A stretch of DNA of 64,000 nt from an uncultured Gammaproteobacteria bacterium (GCA_964520615.1 CAZFNL010000137.1:84898-148897), one strand, 5' to 3'; positions 18,123 to 28,986 are shown, counted from the first letter of the stretch. Program-made: numbers and translations. Notes: generated from the letters alone by a model not told the origin.

Positions 18123-19145
18123 TTAGCGCTCTAAAAGAATCTTTTTTAAGCTATTTCTGATCTGGTTTTTATTTTTGGTGGCAAAATACCATTCTATTGT
18201 CCTATGTAACCCATCCCTAAACTTCACCTGAGGCTCCCAACCTAGAAGATTTTTTGCCAGGCGGCAATCGGCTACCCTATTGTAAGGTCCTGTGGGCATG
18301 GAAGGTAAAATCTTTATTTTGGCATCAGATCTCGCACAACGTAAAATCTCCTGAGCCGCATCAATCACTTTTGTTCTTTCGGTTGTCCCCAGATTTATCG
18401 CTATACCATCATTTATCTTTTCTGCGGCCAAAAGTGTACCTTCCACAATATCGGCTACATAAGTCCAATTCCTTATCTGTTCTCCCGTACCCCAAATTTC
18501 ATAAGGATTTTGCCTTATGAATGCTTTGGCAATCATAGCAATCACCGCATGGCTTTCTACCTCTCTTTCTCCATAGACGGAAAAATACCTGCATGAGACG
18601 GACTTTAACCCGAAATCTCTATAATATGCACTCAAAGTCATCTCACCCATAAGCTTTGCCCATCCGTACATATTATCTGCATCATATGGAGATTTCACCA
18701 TTTCTTCTTTGAGATATATTATTTTATTCGGATCAGTCTGTAAAAAATTCGGATAAACACAACCTGAAGAGGCAAAAACCACTTTTTCCACTTTTTCATT
18801 TAGTGAAGCCAAAAATACAGATCCATCTAGAAGCAAATTAGATGAGGTAGAACCCTGATGAAAATCTATGTATCCTCTTCCTCCGTAATTACAGGCAAGG
18901 TGAAAAACGATATCAACTCCTCTTACACTTTTTCGTGCATTATCTAAATTACGAAGATCTCTAACAAGAAATTCCACATTTTTGTTTTTGACATGTTTCG
19001 AAAAATAGGGTAAATGAGTTCTGCTTATGTTTACCACTCTAACCTTAGTCCCCATTTCCACTATCCTATCTATAAGATGTGACCCTATAAATGAAGCACC
19101 CGTTACAAGTACTTTTTTCTTTCTCCAAAACATTTCGCTAACCAT
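18123..19145 (-). CDS. NAD-dependent epimerase (GDP-mannose 3,5-epimerase-like extended SDR)
   Basis: FHLAC..GGRGYI, ASSGCVYP, YGWAK and IWGTGEQIRNWTYV motifs. Start uncertain (19133, 19145 or 19178). Confidence 0.8.
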   Translation of the reverse strand: MVSEMFWRKKKVLVTGASFIGSHLIDRIVEMGTKVRVVNISRTHLPYFSKHVKNKNVEFLVRDLRNLDNARKSVRGVDIVFHLACNYGGRGYIDFHQGSTSSNLLLDGSVFLASLNEKVEKVVFASSGCVYPNFLQTDPNKIIYLKEEMVKSPYDADNMYGWAKLMGEMTLSAYYRDFGLKSVSCRYFSVYGEREVESHAVIAMIAKAFIRQNPYEIWGTGEQIRNWTYVADIVEGTLLAAEKINDGIAINLGTTERTKVIDAAQEILRCARSDAKIKILPSMPTGPYNRVADCRLAKNLLGWEPQVKFRDGLHRTIEWYFATKNKNQIRNSLKKILLER

Positions 19146-19190
19146 AAACACGAAGATATATTCATAAACTAATTTCAATAAGTAAAGAGT

Positions 19191-19232
19191 GAGCTCTCCA
19201 GGTTAAAGCCCGGAGATTTCTGCGAAGGATTA
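19191..19232. repeat. Isolated imperfect hairpin resembling an IS200/IS605-type or REP-like terminal palindrome
   Basis: Minus strand reads TAATCCTTCGCAGAAATCTCCGGGC-TTTA-ACCTGGAGAGCTC; the stem spans 19195-19216. No transposase nearby. Confidence 0.45.
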
Positions 19233-19242
19233 AAACAAAGGT

Positions 19243-20190
<948 letters not shown>

Positions 20191-20976
20191 TTATTTAATA
20201 ACAGTGTAAGCGGTTAGAGTGAAAATATCATGTAACCTGTGTATTATAGGTAACACTCCCTTGTCGTGTTCTTTGACCACTTCATAACCTTCATCAAACA
20301 ATTTCTTAACATTTTTTGAGCTTTTGGATTCATCATGAAGTCTGAATGACGCTAAATAATCATCGATAAAACCCAATTTATATATTCTACTCATTCTTAA
20401 CCAATAATCATAGTCCATAGTATAATAAAGACTGGTATCAAATAACCCTACTGATTTTACCGTCTCACGTCTCCAAAAAGTCGCTGGTTGTGAAATAAAG
20501 TTCACTACAGAAAGGCTGACTGAATTTCTAAAATACTTCAACCAGAAGTTCTTGTATAATGTAATTAGCTTCCTAATTTCTTTGCCTTTTTCATTTATTA
20601 TCTTACACATCCCAGTAGTCCAAAATATATCTGGATTTGTCGAAAAAAAGTCAGCAATTTTTTCTATACTTCCCGGTAATAAAATATCATCTGAGTTAAG
20701 ATAAGTGACTATATCCCCAGTCACTTTTTCCATCCCTTTATTTATCGCGTCTGTTTGACCATTATCTTTTTTGGACATCCATTGAATTTTTTTACCGTAT
20801 CTTTTTAATACCGGAATCGTATCATCTTTTGAACCTCCATCAATTATCCAATATTCCAAATTCTTATATCCCTGGGAAAGAACCGAGTCTATAGTTTCTG
20901 CAATAAAGTTACCCTGATTGAAGGAAGGGGTAATTACACTAATTTTGGGAAGAGGATTTTTTTTCATTTTTTCCAT
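20191..20976 (-). CDS. GT2 glycosyltransferase (WcaE-like)
   Basis: ITPSFNQG, IDGGSKD, DAINKG, LNSDD, QPATFWRR and MDYDYWLR motifs. Confidence 0.9.
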   Translation of the reverse strand: MEKMKKNPLPKISVITPSFNQGNFIAETIDSVLSQGYKNLEYWIIDGGSKDDTIPVLKRYGKKIQWMSKKDNGQTDAINKGMEKVTGDIVTYLNSDDILLPGSIEKIADFFSTNPDIFWTTGMCKIINEKGKEIRKLITLYKNFWLKYFRNSVSLSVVNFISQPATFWRRETVKSVGLFDTSLYYTMDYDYWLRMSRIYKLGFIDDYLASFRLHDESKSSKNVKKLFDEGYEVVKEHDKGVLPIIHRLHDIFTLTAYTVIK

Positions 20977-21304
20977 TCAACTCCTTCATAGCCAGCTTTT
21001 GTACTAACTTTGTCAGTTCATGACGTAAATCCTGAAGATAAACATAAAGCCTGAAAACAAGATAAAAAAGAAGTACAATTGAAGCGTAAATAACAAGATC
21101 TACTCCACGGCCTATACCCAAAATCCTTGCGATATCCCCAGAAATGGATGGATAAATGATGATTGCCAAAGCAGACCCGAAAAGCAAAACCCAAAATATA
21201 AACCCAAAAAATGTTACTTCTCCACTTCTGAAGCGTAAGAAAACACGCGACAAGGCAAATAGAACAAAAATACTTAAGATCGCTTGTGTAAATACTAAAT
21301 GCAT
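20939..21304 (-). CDS. DUF2304 family small membrane protein (partner of the adjacent polyprenyl-phosphate GT2)
   Basis: 3 TMs, LGIGRGVDLVIY motif and C-terminal ELTKLVQKLA coil; immediately downstream of a DPM-like GT2. Confidence 0.85.
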   Translation of the reverse strand: MHLVFTQAILSIFVLFALSRVFLRFRSGEVTFFGFIFWVLLFGSALAIIIYPSISGDIARILGIGRGVDLVIYASIVLLFYLVFRLYVYLQDLRHELTKLVQKLAMKELNGKNEKKSSSQN

Positions 21305-21308
21305 AAAT

Positions 21309-21989
21309 CTATCTTACCAACCTCAAAAGCAAATTTATTAAGACTGTCGGAGCATTACTCAATTTCTGTCCTTTATTCAGTGAATAGTCAGAATAAACGG
21401 GATTTATAGATATCTCTGAAAATCTCAATTTGTTACTTTTTATTTCCTTAAAAAATTCGCTTGAGACTTCCATTCCGTCTGTCTGCAATTTAATTTTGTT
21501 TATTGCCTTATTATTAAATGCCCTCAGTCCAGATTGTGAATCAGAAGTCCAAATGTGGTAAAGAATAAAAGTTAATATGTTTGCCAATTGGTTTATCAAT
21601 CTTCGGGAAAAAGGTACATGTGTCTTACTTTTCCATCTGGTACCTATAACCACATCTGATTTTTGAGAAAGAATAGGTTTAATAACATCAGATATATACT
21701 TTGACTCATGTTGTCCATCAGCATCAAAAGTCACCAAAATATCATAATTTCTCGGCAAAGCAAATGCAAATATAGTCTTAAGCGCTCCCCCTAATCCTCT
21801 ATTTATTATATGATGCAAAACTATAACCTTTTTAGACTCTGCGACTTCCCTTGTCCTATCAATCGATCCGTCATCAACAACAACTACATCTATTCTATCA
21901 ACTCCTAATAATCTTTTAGGTAGGGATGAAATTACTTTTCCAATCATTTTTTCCTCATTGTAAGCCGGTATTCCTATCAATAGTCTCAT
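21309..21989 (-). CDS. GT2 polyprenyl-phosphate sugar synthase (DPM1/PpgS-like)
   Basis: IPAYNEE, VDDGSID, NRGLGGA, FDADGQH, DSQSGLRAF and KGQ motifs. Confidence 0.9.
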   Translation of the reverse strand: MRLLIGIPAYNEEKMIGKVISSLPKRLLGVDRIDVVVVDDGSIDRTREVAESKKVIVLHHIINRGLGGALKTIFAFALPRNYDILVTFDADGQHESKYISDVIKPILSQKSDVVIGTRWKSKTHVPFSRRLINQLANILTFILYHIWTSDSQSGLRAFNNKAINKIKLQTDGMEVSSEFFKEIKSNKLRFSEISINPVYSDYSLNKGQKLSNAPTVLINLLLRLVR

Positions 21990-22024
21990 TGCTTAATTTT
22001 ATAGGAGAATTAAGATGTATTCAA

Positions 22025-23221
22025 TCAGCTTACCCAATGACCTCTTGTAAAGAGTACCGTGTAAAAAGAAAGAAGTACAATAAAAATTATCAATAACGCT
22101 ATCTTCACCCATTTATTTTTAATAAGCCCAAGAACGATAAAAAGGGGAAACGCTACCAATATATATCGAGGCATACTGGAAAAGGTTCCGGTGAGCGTTG
22201 GTACCAATATCGTCAACAAAGAAAAAATGAGGTATGACAGCCGGATCTTCTTCAAATAAGAAGTAACTAAAAGTATTATTGATAATATCGTTGCTACAAA
22301 TTCAGTAAACGCAATAACAAAAGGTTCTGTCAGAGGATTTAGATTTGAAAAAATCTTAAAATATCTCCAGATTACCTGCGGCAGCAGTATTATTCCTGCT
22401 CCGCTTCTCTGGGCACCAAAAACCGGCTGGGCATGCCAGAAATAGAGAAAATCTCCATATTTCCACTGTAGAAAAATCATATAGGCAAGAAGTCCTATGG
22501 GAAGAATATATGTTATTGGAGAGTGAACTATATAATTCAAATAACTAATTACATCATTAAAATATCGCGTGTACTTTGTCTCTAACTTGTTTGTTTTTGA
22601 ACCTTTTCTGCCGATCTTTCCCCTCTTTGCAATAATTTCCTCCCACCATAAGGCAGGAATGAGAAATATACCAACAAGCCTAGTCGCTGAAGCAAGAGCA
22701 CCCAAAACTGCCGCCAGCCTGAAATGTTTTTTTCTGGCCGTATAAAACGCACTGAATATAAATAAAAGAAAAATACCTTCGGTATAAAGGCTGCCTAAAA
22801 AAAATGATGTCGGGAAGAAAACAAAAAAAAGAATCATCCACTTTATTTCATCCTTTTTATAATCAAGCAACAATAACCTTTGAAAAATAAAAAGAACCGC
22901 CAAAAACAAAAGACTTGAAAAAATAATGCCCGTAAAAACCGGGTTTACAAAAAAGATTAAACTATGGATAAACCTAAGAACAAGAGGATAAAGAGGGAAG
23001 AAAACCTGAGTGTATTGGGCGCTATAACCCCCTTTTGCAATTGTCAGATAGTGTACTCCGTCAAAATTGGCAAAGGACCAAAACCATGCTGGCAAACCCG
23101 AAGGTATAAGAAGCATGTCAGCATAGGGAAAACGGGGGGAAAATGGTAATAGTCCAACACCCAATTGTGCAACAGCAAACAAACCGATTCTCCAAATTAA
23201 AAATAAAGCAAAAATAAACAT
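22025..23221 (-). CDS. PIG-V/GT76-like membrane mannosyltransferase (GT-C)
   Basis: NFDGVHYLTIAKGGY...FFPLYP, FPTSFFL...YTEG, ATRLVG and SSMPRY motifs. Confidence 0.85.
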   Translation of the reverse strand: MFIFALFLIWRIGLFAVAQLGVGLLPFSPRFPYADMLLIPSGLPAWFWSFANFDGVHYLTIAKGGYSAQYTQVFFPLYPLVLRFIHSLIFFVNPVFTGIIFSSLLFLAVLFIFQRLLLLDYKKDEIKWMILFFVFFPTSFFLGSLYTEGIFLLFIFSAFYTARKKHFRLAAVLGALASATRLVGIFLIPALWWEEIIAKRGKIGRKGSKTNKLETKYTRYFNDVISYLNYIVHSPITYILPIGLLAYMIFLQWKYGDFLYFWHAQPVFGAQRSGAGIILLPQVIWRYFKIFSNLNPLTEPFVIAFTEFVATILSIILLVTSYLKKIRLSYLIFSLLTILVPTLTGTFSSMPRYILVAFPLFIVLGLIKNKWVKIALLIIFIVLLSFYTVLFTRGHWVS

Positions 23222-23227
23222 TATGGA

Positions 23228-24292
23228 TTATTTCTTATATGCTACTTCTTTGTATACTTTAACTGTTTCCGAAGCACATTTTTCCCATGTAAAAAATTCT
23301 GCTCTTTTCTTTCCTTTTTGGATTAAATCATATACCAATTCCTTGTTTCCCAATAAATTTAATACTTTTTTTACTACTAAATCGGTATTCTGCGGATCAA
23401 ACATGACCGCTGCATCTCCTGCCACCTCCGGCAAACTGGCAGACTTTGCTGCTACAACAGGACATCCCGCCGCAAAAGCTTCAAGAAGAGGCAATCCGAA
23501 CCCCTCGGCAAATGATGGTTGCACATATACTTGTGCCAATTGATATACAACCGCCAATTCGGATACGGCCAATGAACTAACTCTCAATACTTTATCTTCT
23601 ATTTCCATCTCTTTCATCAATTCGATCGTTTGAACCAATTCTGTCGATGGTCGCGTAAATCCTTCTCCTACTAAGACTAATTTCAAACCAGAGTTCCTGG
23701 CAACTAAAACTGAAAAAGCCTTCAGAAAACCTGGAATGTTTTTGTTAAAATTGATATCCCCCACATTTAGTATGAACTTTTTGGGAAGCGACAACCTTTT
23801 TATAACTTTTTCTTTATAATCTTTGGAATATGCTTTGCCAAATTCCGGTGTTACACCCAGATAGACCACATGTATTTTCTCCTTTTTTATACCGGCAAAT
23901 CCTTCAATATCAGTCTGTGATGAAATGGAGTCGGTAATTATTGCACCGGCACTCCAAAGAGAAATTTTCTGCAAATTCCATTTTAGAAAACCCTTCAAAC
24001 CGGGTGGAAAATGATTCGGGTAACGAAGAGGGATAAGATCATGGACAGTGACTACGGTAGGCTTTGTCTTTATGAAGGGAAGAGTCAAAAAAAAAGGGTC
24101 AAAATAAGGAAAATGGATAACATCGACAGTGCAATATTTAATTTCATCGATCGTCCTTAAATTTACTTCAACATCCAGAAGCTTATTCAAAGCAGTATAT
24201 AGATTTTGAGTGTAATTACCGGTTCCGCGCATCTTATGGCCTGCAATCGGAGGAACAACAATTGCAACTTTGAGCTTTTTTCCCTTTATCAT
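23228..24292 (-). CDS. Glycosyltransferase family 4 (mannosyltransferase-like)
   Basis: TVHDLIP, NKNI and PSFAEGFGLPLLEAFAAGCPV motifs. Start placed at ATG 24292 to avoid overlap (ORF track 24382). Confidence 0.9.
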   Translation of the reverse strand: MIKGKKLKVAIVVPPIAGHKMRGTGNYTQNLYTALNKLLDVEVNLRTIDEIKYCTVDVIHFPYFDPFFLTLPFIKTKPTVVTVHDLIPLRYPNHFPPGLKGFLKWNLQKISLWSAGAIITDSISSQTDIEGFAGIKKEKIHVVYLGVTPEFGKAYSKDYKEKVIKRLSLPKKFILNVGDINFNKNIPGFLKAFSVLVARNSGLKLVLVGEGFTRPSTELVQTIELMKEMEIEDKVLRVSSLAVSELAVVYQLAQVYVQPSFAEGFGLPLLEAFAAGCPVVAAKSASLPEVAGDAAVMFDPQNTDLVVKKVLNLLGNKELVYDLIQKGKKRAEFFTWEKCASETVKVYKEVAYKK

Positions 24293-24293
24293 T

Positions 24294-25094
24294 TTACTTG
24301 GAAATATTTCTAGCTTTCTTCTTCTCCCAATACTTAATATAGGAAACGGGATATCGCAAAGCGGAAAAGAAAGAAAAAACAAATCCGGGGAAACCGTCTA
24401 AGAAGCCTTTATGTCTTACAAAAGTCAAAAGAAACCATAAAGATGGTTTTATAAACATAAAAAAAACTATTGAAGAAAAAGAAATTGAAGTTTTCTTGTC
24501 CATCAACTCATCGGCAAATATATCGGTATATTTATTGAAATGCTCTAAATAATGCGCGAAATTTGGATACGGGTAATGTAAAAGTGGGTTTTGAAGATAT
24601 GCAGTCTCTCCTTCTACAACCGCCTGTTCATGGACGCTTTTACAGGGTAATCTGCCCTTTCCCTTACGGTAAAACCTCAAAGTATAGTCAGGATACTGTC
24701 CTCCTTTTTCAAGAAATCTTCCCAGGAAAAAATTCTTGCGGGGAAGCCAGAAACCGTTTAACGTTCGCTTGTTACTGATAGATTGTTGCTGATCAATAGT
24801 AGAAAGGATTTCTTTTTTAAGTTCCTGAGAAACTACCTCATCGGCATCCAACTGTAGCACCCAGTTCCCTCCTTTGCATGCATCTATCGCTTTTTGTTTG
24901 TTAATATGGAACATATCCGGATTGTCAGCTGATATAACTTTTGCTTCTAAACCATGGGCAATTTTGACAGTATCATCGGTTGATGAACCGTCTACAACCA
25001 CAATTTCCTCTACCCAATCCTTCACGCTTGTTAGACACTTGGCAATATTTTCTTCTTCGTTATATGCAGCTATGGCAACAGATATTTTGTTCAT
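24294..25094 (-). CDS. GT2, LgtF/KdtX (beta-1,4-glucosyltransferase-like) family
   Basis: YNEEENI, VDGSSTD, LDADE, PRKN, YPDY..R, VHE and KGFLDG motifs. Confidence 0.9.
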   Translation of the reverse strand: MNKISVAIAAYNEEENIAKCLTSVKDWVEEIVVVDGSSTDDTVKIAHGLEAKVISADNPDMFHINKQKAIDACKGGNWVLQLDADEVVSQELKKEILSTIDQQQSISNKRTLNGFWLPRKNFFLGRFLEKGGQYPDYTLRFYRKGKGRLPCKSVHEQAVVEGETAYLQNPLLHYPYPNFAHYLEHFNKYTDIFADELMDKKTSISFSSIVFFMFIKPSLWFLLTFVRHKGFLDGFPGFVFSFFSALRYPVSYIKYWEKKKARNISK

Positions 25095-26743
25095 GTTTTC
25101 CTAAATTTTATTATGAGATATGACACACACAAAAGTGAGACAAGAGATAAAATATCGCTTGTCTTGCGAAGCGGAGTTTCTATAAATTTTACTTCAACAA
25201 GATTTTTTCCTGCATCTATTGGTATCTTCATAAAGCCATTATCCATATAATTTACGCTTGTCTGACGGTTGTTTACATAAACATTCCATCCAGGATAATA
25301 AATCCTGTTTATCTGCAAAACCCCTGACTGGGATGCGGTGACAGAAAGGCTCATATAATTTGATTTTGCCGTATTTATTTCTATTTTCGTGTTATTATCG
25401 GAAAATTCAGCTTTTGGCATGCCGGGTTTAAGAAGCTCTGTTCTTACCCAAATAGGAGTATATTCATCATTCTGATTAGTGGTTGATTCAAGACTAAGAT
25501 AAAAGGGCATTGTCCAATTTTGCACTTGATTTATCCTAGTATCGTTTCTCACTGCATATAAAGTAATAAGAACTAAAAAGAAAGCAAAAAGTCCTTTCCA
25601 ACGGACAATAGAAGTGGTAAATCCTGCTAGGTAGGAAGCGGCAAAAACAGTCACAGGAAGAACTCTCCATGTAAAATCCACAACCGCTACCTTGCTTATG
25701 AGCCTCCAAAAAAATAATGACGGCTGCAACATAAGAAAGATAGTGAAAAGAAAAATTAAAAAGAAAATCAGCGCTTCTTCTCCTTTGAGTTTTTCCTCTT
25801 TACCCAATTTGTTCCGAAAAAAAAGCCAAACTATTCCCACAAGACCCGCAACCACCGAAAGCCACTGCCCTATACCCAACTGAAGCGACATGGCTCCTTC
25901 CTGAGCTCTCATCATTCCGTATCCCCAGGGAGAATAAATCAGCTCTTTTATTGTCAAAAAGGTATTTCCGACAAATTCCGGACCCATAATATTGGCAAAC
26001 ACTGTAAAGTTTCTCTCGATAAGTGACGGGAAAAAGTAATATGCTGACAACCCTATCGAAAGAAACCCTATTGCTGCAAATGACGTAAATATAATCTTCC
26101 TGTTTTTGCTCATGAAAAATGAAATGATAAAATACAAACCTAAAGCCAATATAAAAAGAAAAAACACCATTGCGTGAGAAAAAAGGAGACCAGCTACAGA
26201 TAATGCTCCCACAGCAATCCATCTTAGATTCAATTTTTTATCTTTTTTAATCTCATAAATGGCAAAAAAAAGAAGAGGGGGAAAAATAAAAGCGGTGGCA
26301 TCTCCAATTGCCGCCCTAACAAAAATATTGGAAAACCTATAAGGAGCATATTGGTATATAATTGTTCCTACAATAGCCGGAAATGCCCCAAATACTTTTT
26401 TTTGGAAAAAGTACATAGCAATCCCTGAGAGAATATAAGTGACAAGAAAAGTCATCTTTACGCTATCAACCACTGAAAGTCCACCAAGATGAAGCGGTTC
26501 CCCAAAGAACCATGGCATCTGATAGGAAAAGCTGAAGAGCGGATAACCAAAACCGTGCAAAAGGTTTCCGACATAACGCGGCGGAAACTGTCCATCATGC
26601 AGAAGCTTATCAAAATAATACAGTCTGACAATCTGGTGAATACCGTCATGACTTGTATAAAATCCCGGAATAAAAAGATCCTTCAGAGTAAATACAGAAA
26701 AAAGGACAATTAAGGCAATAATTATAAAGTCAGTTTTTTTCAC
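25091..26743 (-). CDS. PTPS-related/YfhO-like polytopic membrane protein (GT-C fold)
   Basis: SHDG..., GFGYPLFSF, APYR...RAAIGD, SPWGYG, FTWR and IYYPGW motifs. Confidence 0.8.
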   Translation of the reverse strand: MKKTDFIIIALIVLFSVFTLKDLFIPGFYTSHDGIHQIVRLYYFDKLLHDGQFPPRYVGNLLHGFGYPLFSFSYQMPWFFGEPLHLGGLSVVDSVKMTFLVTYILSGIAMYFFQKKVFGAFPAIVGTIIYQYAPYRFSNIFVRAAIGDATAFIFPPLLFFAIYEIKKDKKLNLRWIAVGALSVAGLLFSHAMVFFLFILALGLYFIISFFMSKNRKIIFTSFAAIGFLSIGLSAYYFFPSLIERNFTVFANIMGPEFVGNTFLTIKELIYSPWGYGMMRAQEGAMSLQLGIGQWLSVVAGLVGIVWLFFRNKLGKEEKLKGEEALIFFLIFLFTIFLMLQPSLFFWRLISKVAVVDFTWRVLPVTVFAASYLAGFTTSIVRWKGLFAFFLVLITLYAVRNDTRINQVQNWTMPFYLSLESTTNQNDEYTPIWVRTELLKPGMPKAEFSDNNTKIEINTAKSNYMSLSVTASQSGVLQINRIYYPGWNVYVNNRQTSVNYMDNGFMKIPIDAGKNLVEVKFIETPLRKTSDILSLVSLLCVSYLIIKFRKT

Positions 26744-27500
26744 TTTTTCCCTTAAAATGGAATATTGGAAAATCTATGCCGTAATTTTTGAGTAAATACT
26801 TCACCAGCGTATACAATATCATTATTCCATATCTAGTAGAACGGATAAAATTTATTGAAGATGCTTCAGGAAAATAGCGCACGGGTACTGCAATTTCTCC
26901 AATGGTAAAACCGGCAGCATGGGCACTAACTAAAATTTCCTGGTCAAAAACAAAGTCATCTGAAAATTTATCTAAAGGCAACCTCTTTAGAACATTACTG
27001 CTAAAAGCACGAAAACCTGTATGGTATTCGGAAAGATTCAGATCAAGAATGATATTCTCAAAAAGTGTAAGAACTCTGTTGCTTATATACTTATATAAAG
27101 GCATCCCTCCTAAAAGAGCCTCTTTTCTGCTTCTTATCCTGCTCCCTAGCATGATATCAAACTTTCCGTCAATGATTGGTTGTACCAGATATTTAGTCAA
27201 AGTGGCATCATACTGATAATCAGGATGAATCATCACTATTATATCGGCATTTTTCCCCAACGCCTCCCTATAACAAGTCTTCTGATTACCTCCGTATCCC
27301 AAATTTTTATCATGAACAAATACGGTAAGTTTCAGCTTTTTGGCAATTTCCACAGTACTGTCGGCGCTATCATCATCTACAACTATCACTTCATCTACTG
27401 CGTCTTTGGGAATATCATTGTAGGTTTTTTTTATGGTCTTTTCGGCATTGTATGCCGGCATAACAACTACAACTTTCTTCCCTTTAGTATTTTTTGTCAT
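26730..27500 (-). CDS. GT2 polyprenol-phosphate sugar synthase-like
   Basis: MPAYNAEKT, NLGYGGNQK, HPDYQYD, GGMPLYKYISN and SEYHTGFRAF motifs. Start at 27500 (ORF track 27536). Confidence 0.88.
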   Translation of the reverse strand: MTKNTKGKKVVVVMPAYNAEKTIKKTYNDIPKDAVDEVIVVDDDSADSTVEIAKKLKLTVFVHDKNLGYGGNQKTCYREALGKNADIIVMIHPDYQYDATLTKYLVQPIIDGKFDIMLGSRIRSRKEALLGGMPLYKYISNRVLTLFENIILDLNLSEYHTGFRAFSSNVLKRLPLDKFSDDFVFDQEILVSAHAAGFTIGEIAVPVRYFPEASSINFIRSTRYGIMILYTLVKYLLKNYGIDFPIFHFKGKSEKN

Positions 27501-28974
27501 ATTTTGTTTCCTCATCTTCCGTCTCAACTGTCTCATCCTCTAAATTCTCAATTTTTTTCTCCTCTAGATATTCTCTTTCAATATTTACCGACTCTATGTC
27601 ATATTTTTTCCGACCAGCAATAATATTCCAAGCTGCATACAATCCCATCTCAATCGAATGATCCATATTGTTATAGCGGAAAGTACCATTCCTGCCGACA
27701 ATCTGGATATTAGAAAATTGTTTCAAGAAATCCTTAATCTTGAAGACATCGTCATTATAATTAACATGGTATACAGGATATTCTTTGGGTACCCGGTGGA
27801 CATATCCGCCTAATATATCGCTTTTTTTAATAAGATTAAACTCCTTTATGTAAGAATTTGATACCATATCAATGACATTTTTATCATTTTTACGCCACAC
27901 GACATCTCCCATCGTGCAGGCCACCTCAAAGACTAAAGTAGTTGTCCCTTTAGGAGACAACTCATCGCTCCAATTATCCATCTCCATCACCCTCATAAAT
28001 GGAATCTCCTTTGGATGGACATAAATCCATGTGTCTGGAGTAATATGTGTTTTCTTTACAAATAACGCAACCTGTAATTCATCTCTGTAAGTGAGCTTTG
28101 AAGCTAAATTCAGATTTTTAATGTCTACACGGGGGGTCATCCGGTTGACCAATTCATTTAGGGGAATGCTTGAAATAAAATAATCAGCCGAAAGTCTGGT
28201 TTTCCTTTTATTCTTAAAGGATACTTCAACAGATTTAATGATGTTTTTTTCACTGGAAATACAGGTTACTTCAGCATTCAAGTATATTTTTCCTCCCTTT
28301 TTCTTTATTTCTTCAGCCATCTTCTGGGCTAACCTACCTACTCCCTTTTTGGGATAAGAGAATTCATCCACAAGAGATACTACACTTTTACTCTTAAACA
28401 ACGTTTCTCTAATAAGGGTAAAAATGTTTAGCCCGCGGGTCCGCTGTCCCACCCAATCAATTGAAATAGTTCGACAGTCTGCTCCCCACAATTTTTCACT
28501 ATAGCGCTTGAAAAAAAGCTCGTATAGAGTTTTACCGAATTGGTTTATATAGCCATCCTCCATGGTTAATAGTTTCGGGCGAAAAATCCTTGCGCGAATT
28601 CTGGCGTAAATATAATCAATTACGGCTCTTAAGGCTTTCCATATACCAATCCCTGAAAGAGCATTCATAAGTTTTATGGGATAATAGAAAAATTTCCCGT
28701 CAAAATATATCCTTGTCAGCCTTGGTACTTTTATTACCTCATTACCAAGAAGCTCCAGCATCCATCGGTTAACCATATTGCTTTTGGTATACCAGCGATG
28801 CGGACCCGTATCAAAACGGAAGCCATTTACATTTATGGTACGAGCCAAACCACCCACATCATCCCATTTTTCCACAATCTCCACGTTTATCCCTTTTTGA
28901 GACAATTCATATCCGGCGGCCAAACCAGCCAATCCTGCTCCTAGAACTACAACTTTTTTTGAATTTTTTATCAT
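27484..28974 (-). CDS. FAD-dependent oxidoreductase (UDP-galactopyranose mutase / protoporphyrinogen oxidase-like)
   Basis: GAGLAGL, GGLART...FDTGPHRW, YPKKG.G, YPVY and GRNGTFRYNNMDHSI motifs. Confidence 0.82.
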   Translation of the reverse strand: MIKNSKKVVVLGAGLAGLAAGYELSQKGINVEIVEKWDDVGGLARTINVNGFRFDTGPHRWYTKSNMVNRWMLELLGNEVIKVPRLTRIYFDGKFFYYPIKLMNALSGIGIWKALRAVIDYIYARIRARIFRPKLLTMEDGYINQFGKTLYELFFKRYSEKLWGADCRTISIDWVGQRTRGLNIFTLIRETLFKSKSVVSLVDEFSYPKKGVGRLAQKMAEEIKKKGGKIYLNAEVTCISSEKNIIKSVEVSFKNKRKTRLSADYFISSIPLNELVNRMTPRVDIKNLNLASKLTYRDELQVALFVKKTHITPDTWIYVHPKEIPFMRVMEMDNWSDELSPKGTTTLVFEVACTMGDVVWRKNDKNVIDMVSNSYIKEFNLIKKSDILGGYVHRVPKEYPVYHVNYNDDVFKIKDFLKQFSNIQIVGRNGTFRYNNMDHSIEMGLYAAWNIIAGRKKYDIESVNIEREYLEEKKIENLEDETVETEDEETKYDKKY

Positions 28975-28986
28975 TGCAGAATAATT

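Noticed and set aside
22570-22632. Basic loop AKRGKIGRKGSKTNKLETK in the PIG-V-like protein as a 9-bp repeat insertion (similar loops near 25790 and 59730)
   Set aside because: The periodicity is too degenerate to separate from ordinary positive-inside loops without orthologs.
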